A program made the position numbers and the translations under genes. From NCBI GenBank assembly GCA_022813865.1, contig JALDZX010000001.1, forward strand, positions 62,001 to 126,000: DNA of 64,000 nucleotides. The letters are read 5' to 3'. Positions 27,630-39,963 of this stretch are shown piece by piece. Below the pieces are notes generated by a model. It searched no databases. It saw only the letters and a program-made list of their open reading frames with translations, and was not told where the DNA came from. Positions within the stretch are counted from its first letter, which is position 1; each line of letters begins with the position of its first letter. Source of the stretch: Xylographa opegraphella (Eukaryota).

Positions 27630-27830
27630 CGAGGATGGCCAGCCAGTATTCAACTCGGACACACCGAGTTTGTGAAGGCTACGATATGCGCTAGCTATCT
27701 AGAATAGCGGAGAGTTTTGAGGAGCTCATCGGCAGCGGCTCGGTGCGGGACGCTGAAATCTTGGCCGCTGCCGAGCGCGGAAACCTGGGGAAAGTGCAAA
27801 AGCTTGCGAGCGGAGCGCAAACTCAGTCCG
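27630..27830 (+). pseudogene. Possible degenerate ankyrin-repeat gene remnant
   Basis: Two ankyrin-like pieces separated by stops or frame breaks: ASIQLGHTEFVKA and EILAAAERGNLGKVQKL. No intact ORF. Confidence 0.3.
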
Positions 27831-27960
27831 GCGTGACCATCTCAAGTCGAACATGCGTATGGTGTCTAATGAATACCATAGATACTAACTATAGAGAGCT
27901 CAATGCTGCTCGTCTGAGGGTGAGATAGGCTATGTGAATAACATGGCCGGTTATAGAACT

Positions 27961-29696
27961 TCAAAGGCGAATATAGATCTCATTTTGGTCTAATTTCTGG
28001 TGTACACCGTACCTTCCGGTAGAAAGACTGTTCATATTTCCAAGGTCAGCCGGAACATACAGGCAAAATCGCATTAGAGTTGGCTGTACCTCCATGACAA
28101 GTTGCCGGTGCAGGCATACCTGCAACCGTCGACGAAGCTTTGAAGGGGCGCTGCGACAGTGGGATCTACGGAATATCGTTGCAACATCCGGTATGCGGCA
28201 AGGTCAAATTCTTTGACAGTCAGACGGGTTGTCTCCATTACATGATCGACAGCTGCTTGTGCTGATCGTAGTTGAGTGAAGAGGATAGGGACGAGGCTCT
28301 CTGCCGAGCCCTGAGCCTAGAAAGGAGTCAGTAACTTGATACATACTACGAATGCAAGTTCGTACTATCTCTTTCTTGACAGAGAGCAGGTCGTTGACAC
28401 TACGTTTCGAAGCAGTGAGTTAGTGAGTGTAGCTACACAACTGACAATTATGAACGGCCATCTTGCATCTCGACCGGTGAAATCAATCGGATAGCCAGAG
28501 CTCTCTTGGCATTCGAGCATATAAGAACGGAGTCTGCTGGTCGTCGCCCAAGTACAATTCAGGTACTCAGGGCGCTTTCAAAGTATGATACAAAATATGG
28601 CCTGGGAAGCTCCTAAATAGACCCACCTCGCATCTTTCTGGTCATTGTATGAGATCGGAGACTTACTTGCAAATGTTCGCATTTGTAAGGTCCCATAGCG
28701 TGGTCATATCCTCATCCTGCATGGTGTATGACGGCAATGTTGAATCATTGCTGAATCTAATGAATATTAGCACCACCCAGTTCGAGTATCTCAAACTGAA
28801 ATAACTGACTCAATGACAGCGAGCACGACCCTGACAGCGCTGGTACCAAGTCGATAGTGCCAGTACTCTTCTAGTGATACGACGTGCTCGCTCATTCGCA
28901 ATCGATGTTCAACCTCTGACTTTTCCATAAAATAGCCAATCTCATTCATGAAAATTCCTCTCTGTTCTAAGGGGAAGCCCTCAGTTATGATCACGAAAAG
29001 GTTTTGCACCTCGCCCACAAACCTCTTGTATAAGACTCCCGTAGGGCATCCCCAATCATGTCGAAAGACTTGATGACTGGATCGGATGTTTTCAGAAATT
29101 CCCCCGAAGTATCCAGACCAAGACGATTCTTGATGTAAGTCAGGGTTTCTGATCGGAATTTTTGGGCAAGGGCAAAATTGGCCGCAAGACTTCCAACATC
29201 TGAATCGATTTCTGCTTAACGTCAGCATGCAGCTGGCCATGCCTGGGGCTGTGGGTGTGTTTGGCGAACCATCGTCCCATATGAACAGCTGTCTATGTCA
29301 GCGAGGCTTCAGCGATCTCTTTGAAAGACATCGCACCCATATACACAAGAAGGTAACTATACGAAGCCTCTCTAGACTCGCGAATGGGAACCATGTTGCA
29401 CCGAAGAGTCCATAATCACCAGCTTTCAGCTTCCGAAGCTTTGGATGCAGAGAATGCAGACTGCTGTGGATCAGCACCTTGCGATACAAGGAGCATCTCG
29501 GAAATGCTGTCATTCTACTTCAGCGCGAGTACCTGTCTAGCCATGATTCTACATCGTCACGAATTCGCTCGACGGCTGCATTGGTTGCAAACGGCCAGGA
29601 GCCAAACGCAGAGCGAAGACCAGTGATCCTCAGCGTCTGGTCACGAAGTTCATCGAGAACGCCGACGCGAGAAGTGAGACCCATATCCACAATCAT
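27961..29696 (-). CDS. Class I terpene cyclase (probable sesquiterpene synthase), about 8 exons
   Basis: Manual splicing gives LFIWDDEIDS (DDxxD, split by an intron), YWHYRLGTSAV (pyrophosphate-sensor Arg), VNDLLSVKKE (NSE/DTE triad) and WSLSTGRY (WxxxxxRY), ending at TGA 27961-27963. All junctions are GT-AG and in frame. Start codon uncertain (29696 or 29684; an upstream exon is possible). Confidence 0.92.
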
Positions 29697-30738
29697 GAAG
29701 TGATAGATCGTATGGTATAGACATCGATCGTATGATTGCGCAAGATCTTCAGGCACATCCGAATCACTTGCAGCGAACCTTACCCCCACAACATCCCAGT
29801 CACCGAGGAGAGGATATCTTCACCCGGGATCGTGGCGGAGAATCGTACGCCAGTGTATGCTGTAGAAACCGTCACGGAGGCCAGAAGTTCTGGTAGAGGA
29901 AAAGCAGCGTGCTCCCATGCATTGGACTGACTCATTACGCGAAGCAGATACAGGACAGCTCCGGAAGTGCATAGCCCGTCCATCTGCTGTCAGACTAAAG
30001 AAAGTGCCTTAGAGTACTGCAGGCATGCTGAAGTGTGGAGCAGAAGCAGGAGGGGAGTGCGACCCAAGCCGGAAAATGATTAAAATCTCATGTAGTGTGG
30101 AGATGTTTTCGTACCGAGCTAGTAATTTCACTAGGGCGTCACCGGAATGAAGCCCTAAGGCAGGTGTTACTTTGTACTTGCAGGCAGCCTCGCAGCTTAG
30201 AGCACTCTTCCGCCCCTCGGCAGTCAGCGAACCCGCATTACTGCTCCGAGGTTGTGGCCAATCTCCACCATCAGTCTTGCCGATCGAGACACAAAGCGCC
30301 CGATTGCTGGCTTGCACAGTCAGACCACCTACATCGACTACCTAAGTCCAGGCCGTGATTCTCCCCCGAGGGAAGGTTGATCCACATCGCCAGAAGCTCG
30401 TTGGCTTCGCTCGGACTGCAGTTCGACCACATGTCGCCGTCATACCACGAACCCCGTCGACGGCGAAACTTAGTGAAGTAAACTACTGCGAGGAGCTGAT
30501 GAGCAGGCTGTGGGGTCTGCCGTCCCACGGGATAGTGGGGACTCATAACGTGTAGACAGGATGCCATTTGAGGAAAGAGATGTGTTTTAGATTTCAAAGC
30601 ACCGAGGAATAAACTGGAAGCAGAATTGTCTATTAGAATTAAATAGTGCTATACAAAAACTTGAGTAATATGTACAAGTGTGTTCTATGTACAAGTCTAA
30701 CAACTTTTGATGCTTCGAGGTGCTGACCAGGAACTGGA

Positions 30739-33061
30739 TCATTGTCCACTCAAAATTTCGGCCGCGATCTTCTCCGCAAGAGCGTCTGAAAGCGAGATTA
30801 GCCAAGGGCCCTTGAATTGCACACGTGCTGAAGGGGTGAAGCAGCAGGCGCGTTTCATACTTACAGACTGTCCCTTGGGGATGACCTGGTGGTAAGAAAG
30901 GGAAGCTACTCGCGTCCACAACCCGAAGCCCCTGGACCCCAATCACACGGGCGTGGGAGTCAATGACGGCATTCGTGTCGTTACTCATGCCCATGGCACA
31001 TGTGCCGGCCGCATGAGAGATGGTTGACGCAGTCTCCATGATCACTTGGAAGATATCTGCGTCCGATGTAATGTTGGCACCGGGGGAGAACTCCACGCCG
31101 CCATTGACAATGCTTTTGAGTGGGGCAGTCGCGAAGATTTGCCTGGCACGTTTGAAAGCTGCGACGGCCACCTCCTGGTCTCGTACATCGAGCAGAAAGT
31201 TCGGACTGACAACAGGATTGACGAGAGTGTCATTGGAGGCAATAGTCACGTTACCGCGCGAGAATGGCGCAACAAGAGCGGCCAGTGAGCTGGCATAGTT
31301 ACGACCGTCAGTAGGCAGACTAACAAGGTCGTTATCGAAAGGTACATATTCGACATCGGGCCAGTCGGGACCAAATTCTGCATCAAGAGCAGCGCGAGTG
31401 GATGCACTGAGAGCGCCCGCAGGAAGCTTTTCAAACGCTATATGGTGGTAGAGTCAGCCCATCGCGGTTTTACAGGAGAACATGCTACGCCAACGAGTGA
31501 AGCTTACCGAGAAAGTCAGCACCTGGATTGGTCAAGATTCCGGTGCGGTTTTGATTGTACTCCGCCACTGATTGCGCTGCGAATGCAGGACTTGCACTGA
31601 TTTGGCTGTGGGTGGTAAGGTTTACAGAATAAGCCTGGCCAACAAGTACGTGGTCCTACGAGCACGGTATCAGTATGTACATTTCTTATCTTCGTATAGG
31701 CGGGATTCGGTAGCTTCGATCAGTTTCTACTCGTGATTATATATGAGATTTAGAACGTACCCACATATTCTGGCCAACCCCAGGACGATCAGCAAGTACT
31801 GAAATGTTGTACTCTGCTAATGTCGCACTGGGACCCACACCGGATACCATCAGTAATTGTGGGGAGCGAAACTGACGGTTGTTAGCCACATGATCACCGT
31901 CCTTGACAAAGTTCCAGCTGACCGTTCCTGCTGAGACAATAACTTCTTTGTTGGCCGCGATCATATATGAGAAGCCACCAGTGTTTAATTGAACACCGTT
32001 TGCATGGTTCGTTGCATTGAACATAACCTTCTGTGCGGTAGTAGTCTTGTAGACATAAAGATTCGATGTTGTTTCGAACGCTGCGCGAAGGAATGATGAC
32101 TCGGAAGAGGACCGCACTTGGTCTGGCGTGCTTGTTTGAGCAATGTAAGAATATCCCAGAAGATTACCGCTCGTAAAGCCAGGCACTTGGACCAAGCCCA
32201 ATTTGCTAAGGGCAGCTCCGAACCATGATGATATTCCGTTCACCCAGTATGGATATGCGACCTGAAGGGGTCCGCCTTGAGAACTGAAGGCAGCGGAATC
32301 GTAGGAAGCCGATGCATTATTAGGACGAATCTTGTTTAACGGAGGGAAGAAGAATGGACTTTTTTTGAAGTATTGGTCCAGATTGCTGAATGTGTAAGTA
32401 GCATCACCAACTTGGTTGGCCCACTTTTGATATGCACCAACGGCGCTCCTGTAATGAAAAGTCAGCCGAATGCCGTTGACTTCGGCTGGAAGCTTTCCAG
32501 TGATACAACGTACCTCATGTACCAGAGGAAGTTCCTTGCACTTCCACCACCAAGGGTTTTGCCAGACGCATAATGGATAGCGCGGCCTCCGAATCCCTAA
32601 ACCTACACGTTAGCCTGTAGATATTCCATGCAGCGGTGTTACTGTTCCCGCTATACTATAGAAGCAGAACTTACCGGTTGAGGGGTAGTGAATTGATACC
32701 AATCAACAAGAGGATTCCTGACCACCGGTTCTGCCTCAAGCCAATAGACCACGTCGGCCGGGATCTGTGTCAAATTGGCGTTGTCCTCTTCATAGAATCC
32801 ACCGGCCTCTATCAAGGCCACTGTTGCTGAGGAACCTTGTGCCAGTCGCGTAGCCAACGTGATCCCCGCGGTACCACCTCCAACAACTATATAGTCATAT
32901 GAAGCTGGAAAACCAGGAATCCCGAAATGAGATCCCAACAGGCCAGATGCAGCAATTACATCCTGGAATAGGGTAGTTGGTACGCTGCGTTCCTGTGGAC
33001 TACCGGTCGACACCACAGATTGGACGCAAAGCGCCCAGATAGCAGAAGTGAGAGATAACAT
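30739..33061 (-). CDS. Secreted GMC (glucose-methanol-choline) oxidoreductase, multi-exon
   Basis: Signal-like N-terminus MLSLTSAIWALCVQSVVS, FAD-binding YDYIVVGGGTAG, GKTLGGGSARN, SPQLLMVSGVGP, and catalytic His pair in ISHAAGTCAMG and PPGHPQGT. Also GLRVVDASSFP. Confidence 0.93.
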
Positions 33062-35529
33062 TGTGGTTTATAGAACTTCTGTAGCAGGAGCTCTTATGTT
33101 CTTCGACAGCACCACCGAGACTGCTGTTAGGGCTTCCTCAAACAAAAGCTTTTATTGGGGAAGTCGACCAAGGTAGCTGATTCGACAAGTCTCATACATT
33201 TATTGTTTACAGGTCCTAGATCAATTAGGAGGTGATCTCTCGACTTTCAAGTCCAGCATCGACTGAAGACTCACCTAGAAAACGCAGAATGCATTACGAG
33301 CAGCAATTCTACGGCGACGATTATGATATACCCTGGCGAAAGTTGGTCAATAAAGACCTCTCGCCGCGAGCTCGAAAGGTATATAAAGTCTCCATAACGT
33401 CCATAACGAGACTAGGCACGCAACTCGATAACGCGCAAGCTCGGTGAATGGTGATGGGCATGCAGTCAGGTGTGAGCCGTAGTGAGCCGCAGCTCGCGAC
33501 GACTGGGTTAAGATCCCTGGTTAAGCAGGTGGATGTCATGTCCTGTCCAAGCGGGAAGCAAGGATTGGGGGTGGCATCGCTTGGATCGCGGCCCCGGGAC
33601 AACCACGCTGATAGAGGCTCGCCCCGTCGTAGTCTGCTGGGGAAAGAGCTAGTCTAGTTGAGACGCCTCAAAACAGGCACATCCCGTGTCTGCTGGGCTC
33701 TCGCGGCCAATTGCGAATGGCCTTCAACTGCCAGCAAGACAATAGTGCAATTTGTCTACTGACTAAGTGGCCAAGTTTGACCCGTCAATGTCCAATCTAG
33801 CTACAACGCTATCACTGTTGTAGGACTGAGGTATCTATCTCTTGCCTCTACCTGTCCAGAGTCGGACCGCGTCTTTGCTGCTCAGTGGCAAGCCTGAGCT
33901 TTGCTGATCCGTCCTAGTATGCTCCTATGCAGCTACATGGCACAGCACACACGTTTTGGGCATGGATTGCCTTGGGTGGCAATCTCCAGCTGAAGCTGAA
34001 GCCAACTCCGTGTACTCGTAGCAGTTGCAGAAATTTACAAAAGGGCTTGAGATTCGTCATTGAGTGCACAATTTGCTGGACTCACGATTTGCTTCACGCA
34101 GTTTTGGCTGTCTTTGGAGTGAGCTTAACTGTGTTGCCCTTTTTTCAAGAAGGTCGATCAATAAGGCCATCTCTATGTATTTTGCTAAAACTGTTGGTGC
34201 TATGATTACCATGGTTGAAGACCCTCCACGTTGCATTGCTCTACCTCACCATCAGAGGAACGTTCTGGCAGGGTATGCTATAAATTGCTCCGCGTGGCGG
34301 GTTGATTATCCACATGGGTGATTGATGATGATCGGCCATCATTTGGACAGTGTGCTTAAAGTCCACAATGTTTGCACCGTGTAGCCCGTGTTCAACCAAA
34401 GAAGGGAGTCAGGCAGGTAGGCACTGTCCCGTTGAACTTCGAACACCATGATGGCGGTTGGCACTCGGCTATAATTCGCTCGTCCCGTAGCAGCGCGATC
34501 TCTCTTAGCACGTGGCTGTCATGGAACAATCTATTGAGACGCATCGCCCTAGCTGAGCACCATACATTTGCAGGTGACCATAAGCGCTTCACGTCCCCAG
34601 TTTCGTAATCTGCGCTGCAGGTGTCCTTATTATTACTCAATTTTATGGCAGCACAAGCCAATCTCTAAGGGCCGGTCTTTAGGGCCGGATAAGGTAACAT
34701 ATTGAAGTACGTACAGAGTAGAAAGAAATGTCGTTCTTCCTATTCAAAAATCTATTAGCAACGGGGTCTCACGGAAGTGACTCTCTCACATCAGGAGACG
34801 TGGGAAACCCGCTCTTTTTGAACCGGAATACCTATTTCGCATATTTCGCTCTTTGAGACGAGACCGTATGAAAACGAAACAACATATTGCAAGTTTGCGA
34901 CTCAGGGTTTGCAGTCGTTGAATTCCTGACACATTACGGGGTGAGGAAGCATTTACGGAGTAGAATATCCCTGAATAGGTCCCAAGCGAGCAAACGCCTT
35001 GGTTTTCAACAGACCGCTCTTCTCGTAGATAGATTAATGAAGTTATAAAAATATATGCTTAGAATGCAGACCTTGCCTGGAACTTGTCTGAGGGCAGCTG
35101 AGTTCCGCAATTAGGACAATGATCGCAGTACGAGATCGCAGTGATATGGTGCTATGGCACCCGCGTCGGTAACCTCAACAGCGATCGGCTTTTCCCGCTT
35201 ACTGAGGCTGACGAGTGCAGTCCGTGTACATGGCGTCCGCCCTATCCTATCTATCCTGCCAGGTCAGTAAAGGCTTCAATGAATACTCTGTCAATGTGTA
35301 GGCCGTAACTGCGAAGTCTGGGTCGAGAACTACTACGACATGATTGCCTCACAGCCACGACTTCAGCTCGGAAATCGTCATTGAGGACATACCGTACTCA
35401 CTTCAGCTGCACGATTTCTCGAGCCACTCGTGCAACGTTGCATAATCTTCAAGCTCGCAGAATCAAGCTACATGTTCCTCAAACTTCCAAGCAAAGCTCG
35501 TCAAGTATTTCCATTACGCAGGTAAAGTG

Positions 35530-36857
35530 ATGCCTCTTACCGTCGCAGAAGTCCTTGAGCATCCTGCGTATCCTCATGTGATATGGAACTTTCAGCCGAG
35601 TAAGAAAGGCAAAGTCGCCGTGGCGAATCGACGAGGTGGACCGTTCGATATTGCATTCGAGGTTCATGGCAGCGGACCTAACCACCTTGTGGTAAGTCAG
35701 CTTTGATTTGTTCTGGAAGTCCCAAACTGTGTCTGGCATCGGACAGAGCTAGCTCGCCTCAAGACATCTCTTTTTACATGCTAATTATCACGTCAGTGGG
35801 TTATGGGTTTAGGGGCCTTGAAGTGGTTCTGGCAGCGGCAGACTAAAGATTTCGGGCATGACCGGAGTTCGAAGTACTCCTGCTTGGTATTCGACAATCG
35901 AGGTATGGGTGAAAGCGATAAGCCTATTATGCGATATACAACATCGGAGATGGCCAAAGACACTCTAGAAGTACTCAACCACCTCGACTGGACATCCAAA
36001 CGAGAGCTACATATCATTGGGATCAGCATGGGTGGAATGATTGCGCAGGAAATGGTCAGTGATACAAACGACTCTTGCTACAGAGCCCCATGCTGATATC
36101 TCAAATGAATAGGCATATCTTGAGCCTGAACGCATCGCTTCTCTCACGCTTGTTTCTACGGCAGCAGAGCTCAAGAGTACTGTCGTATGTGGTGCTGCGA
36201 AGCCTTCCACCATGTTATATTGATACAACTTCTAGGGATACATCGAGAACCTTCGGAATCGAATCAATATCCTGTAAGCCCATGCAATACGTGATTTTCA
36301 GAATCCTACAGTACCCTTCCTGCGTTCTGTCGCGTTCTTTCGTCGCCCTGCGTCTGTTCTTTCGTCTATCGTGCGTCATGCTATTGCTGAAAACCTTGAG
36401 TTTCAGAATCCCTAAGTCTGTCGATATCCAACTTGACGAAGTAAAATCACGTGTCAGCTACTCATGGCTCTCCGCGCCCGATGTAGATGGTGAATTTCCC
36501 ACGAACGGCGATCGTTTTGCAGCACAAGAGATCACGAAGCGGCGAGATAAGGATGGCTTTACACGCCGAGGTTTCCTTTGTCAGGCTGTGTCCACTGTGA
36601 CGCACAAAAAGAGTGTCGAGCAGCTCCGTCAAGTAACGGAAACTGTAGGAGGAAGCCGTATACAGTTGCTGCATGGTACGATTGATAACCTGATTACTAT
36701 ACCTCATGCGCATGTCCTGTATGATAGGCTTGGAGGTGAAGCCGCTGGTGTCACCAAGACCATATTTGAGGGTAGGGGTCACTATCTGCCTTGGGAGGAA
36801 AGACAGGAGTTCAGATCATTGATAGAGAGTTTGGTTGAAAAGGTTCAGGCACTCTAG
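35530..36857 (+). CDS. Alpha/beta-hydrolase fold protein, multi-exon
   Basis: Exon 1 MPLTVAEVLEHPAYPH...FEVHGSGPNHLV. Motifs FDNRGMGES, nucleophile elbow GISMGG, HGTID (acid) and GRGH (His). Confidence 0.88.
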
Positions 36858-37449
36858 CCAACTACATATACTTGTATTAGTTTTCATTACTGTTTTTCTG
36901 TCAAAGTTTGGGTAGTCTTGAGTCGTGATCAGGCAATATAGTTTATCCGTTCCGGCGCTAAGCTACCAGCAATCTTACATAGAACCTCTGTGCTTCATCC
37001 ATCTTTTTTCAATTTAGGTCTTCATCGTCGATGATCGGCTTCTTCAATTGTTAGAATCTTACAAACTTCCAGGCTAGCCATCAGACATGAGTTCGAACCT
37101 GGTTGTTTGTTTTTCACCTCTGATCACAGCCTTTTGCCCTTCGTTTTCTCGATAACGAATTTACACCTTGCCTCTCATCACCCACATCCCACTGTCTCCT
37201 GCGCAGACCCAGGTGCGGGCGATGAACTTTTTTATATTATTTGTGTTCACGTTACAGTGTACATTCTAAGGTGTCAATCCACAAACAGGCTAGACTCTGA
37301 ATCGTCTTTGCTTGAGCATCTGGAATTTCTTTCCTTCAGTCCTTCATATCAAGCCATCGGCCAGATCAACACACAAAACTCAAGCCAGTCGATCTGGATT
37401 TCTTGTTTTAGAATCCCCGAGTTGTCTGTTTGACGCAGGACGGAGTAGA

Positions 37450-39963
37450 ATGTCTGGGCAATGGCCTCAGCATGCCCAGCCTCAGACCGGGTTTGCTTAT
37501 CCAGGCTACCCACCACATTATCCGCAGCAGCAATTCGCCCCCGTACCGCAGCATTATCAGCACGCGCCTCAGCCCATACCGTATCAGAACTATCACTCTC
37601 CTCAAGCTGGGCCCTACCAACATCACCCCGAATATCAACAGGCTCCGCCATTCAAGCAGCCCGTAGCTCAACCGACCCCTGATACGTGCTACAATTGTGG
37701 ATCGCCGGAGCATTGGGCTCAGAGTTGCCCGGAACCACGCCGGGAGATACCAGCGTAGGTAAAGTCGAGAAGGCTTTTTTAATCATCAGTATTATCTAAC
37801 AATTCTTGCAAGGGGTGACTTGAATCGTGTCAACATAGCTCGACCGTCCAAGAAGTTCAGACCAAACTATATCCCTCCTGTCATTACCAAGTACCCGGTA
37901 CCTCCAAATGTACAGAATCATCATGGGTCCCACCAGGGACATGGAGCACAACCTTACCAGCAACCTACCATCGCACAATACCACAATGTACATGGACAGC
38001 CAACATTTATTCCAACACATTCGCCTACTCATTATCAGTACTCCCAGTGGTATGAGTCTAATCAGCACCAAGTACATCAAAATTCGCAAAATCCATATGG
38101 CCATAATACGTACCCTCAACCCCAATACTCGTATCATGACTCTCCTAAAAGTCTTCCTTATGGACAGCAGTACTCCGCTTCTGTCTCGGCTGACGGGCTG
38201 CCCCAACCCCATGATTCTTATCCAGACTATGGTCAAGGTCCACCGTACCAAGGGCCCCCAAAGAACACTTATCCAATTCCACCGCCTAATGCACGAAGAA
38301 TGTCGTTTTCTACGGCGAGAGCTTTCTCCGAACAAAGCAATGGTATGCCGTCTCAATCTGCTAGTGGCCAAACAATCTCTGGACCCCCTCTTACCGACAA
38401 TACCGGACCCCAATTTGCAGTAGTACAAAGTGATGAGATCGAGGAAGACGATATGACTTTATTAGACATATCTGACGTTCCTGTTGATGCTGAAGGTTAC
38501 GGTAAGTGAACAATGTAATCCGTTTCGGCAATTGAGGTATTAAATAAATCGATAGGCGGTCGTAATGCCCAACTAACACAACACCCAATACCAGCCAGCG
38601 TGGAAGATTTTGAGAAACTGGACGAGTTAATCTGTGGGTCAGAATGTCACGGCAACGAAAATATCAAATCAAAATTCGTTAACAGCGAGAACTTGTATTC
38701 TTTCCTCGAACGCAGTACTTACGAAGAGGACAACAAGCTTGAAGGTGGTGATCCAGTCTTCTTTTACAACAATTACGAGAGCCTAGATGTTCCGTTTGAG
38801 ATTTTGAGCGAGAGCCGCGGACGTTTGACGAGTTCTGAACTGAAAACTGTCCTACTCGGAGGGCACGCCGACACTCAAAACCCGACTCGTAGACCCGGTT
38901 CAGCATACTCCGAGGACCATGGCTATAGAACGCATTCAATAATGTCTCCAATAGAACCTTCTAGCCATTACAGGCGGAATACATCCTCGAGACGGCAATC
39001 GCAATCTTCGGTTGATAGTGATACCAGGCCAATTTTATCAGCACAAGAAACTGAAGACAGACTTGCAGCTCTGGGTGTGACTGGTACACCAAAGCCTGTC
39101 CGCGCTCCGGCGCGTCCATATCCACCACCAAACTCTTCCCATGGGCCTATTAATGGAGTTACCCCAACCCCTTCGTACGAAAACGAAGGTCGTAATTCTC
39201 ATGCTTCGGGAAATATGTCGAGCTCTAGGAGTAGGAGTCCACAGAGAGATAACGTGTAAGTGCTTGCTTGTATTTATGGATGCTCTGCTGGTTTAACGTC
39301 GTTGAAGAGCCATTTATGATCAGAGTCGGCCCTACTCGATCGATCGCCGCTCACCTCCGCCACTCAATGACGGCAATCGTACGCCGACATACCTGCGAGC
39401 CGAGCCTTCAAGCCGTGATCGAGCTTATGCTCCAGCACATCTACCCGACCATATCAAGGCTTGGGCAAGTACAGAGCACGATCCATTCGATCCCGAGGAC
39501 AAGGATCCAGACGAGCTATTATATCCCGACCACCCACACCCGGAAACCAATTACGATCAACACAACCCCCCTCCCCCGCCTCATATCCCACCACCAGCCA
39601 GGCGTACAACATCCGACTTACTATCCAAACGTGATCGTGTGAGTTCTTCGCCAGGTTCTAACAAGAAGAGGCACGAAAATTATAGCATCCGCGGTCCCGA
39701 TAGCGTTGATAATTATCATCAGCCTGAGTCGCCCGTTAAACTCAAAAGCGAAAGGAGTTATGCCCGCAAGAGATCGCGTGATCAGAAAGACGAGGATAGC
39801 GACGACGAACAGAGCAAAGAGAGGCGGCGTCAACACGACGATGTCACTCCAAAGCTAAAGCGTCGACAACCAAAGGTAGCAGAGGCCTACAGGTATGCCA
39901 AACGCTCTTTCCCCCTCCTTCGCTTGCTTACTCGTGTATTTCAACTGCAGTCGTCGATGGTAA
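37450..39963 (+). CDS. CCHC zinc-knuckle, Q/P/Y-rich low-complexity protein
   Basis: CYNCGSPEHWAQSC zinc knuckle in exon 1. Later exons join in frame, with internal RLAALGVTG.PKPV and C-terminus DDVTPKLKRRQPKVAEAYSRRW* (TAA 39961-39963). Confidence 0.8.

Noticed and set aside
28400..28666. Nested intron or cryptic exon within the long cyclase intron
   Set aside because: The internal acceptor would define an intron of only about 29 nt, and the simple splice already gives an intact frame.
29041..29060. Suspected frameshift in the terpene cyclase at the G-run before the fourth intron
   Set aside because: The run has four C on the + strand, giving IGDALRESYTR|EQRGIF in frame, so the gene is intact here.
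35530..36857. Alpha/beta hydrolase as a cluster member
   Set aside because: It resembles a broadly conserved fungal hydrolase and lies 2.5 kb beyond the GMC gene. It is more likely the right flank, though membership cannot be excluded without synteny data.
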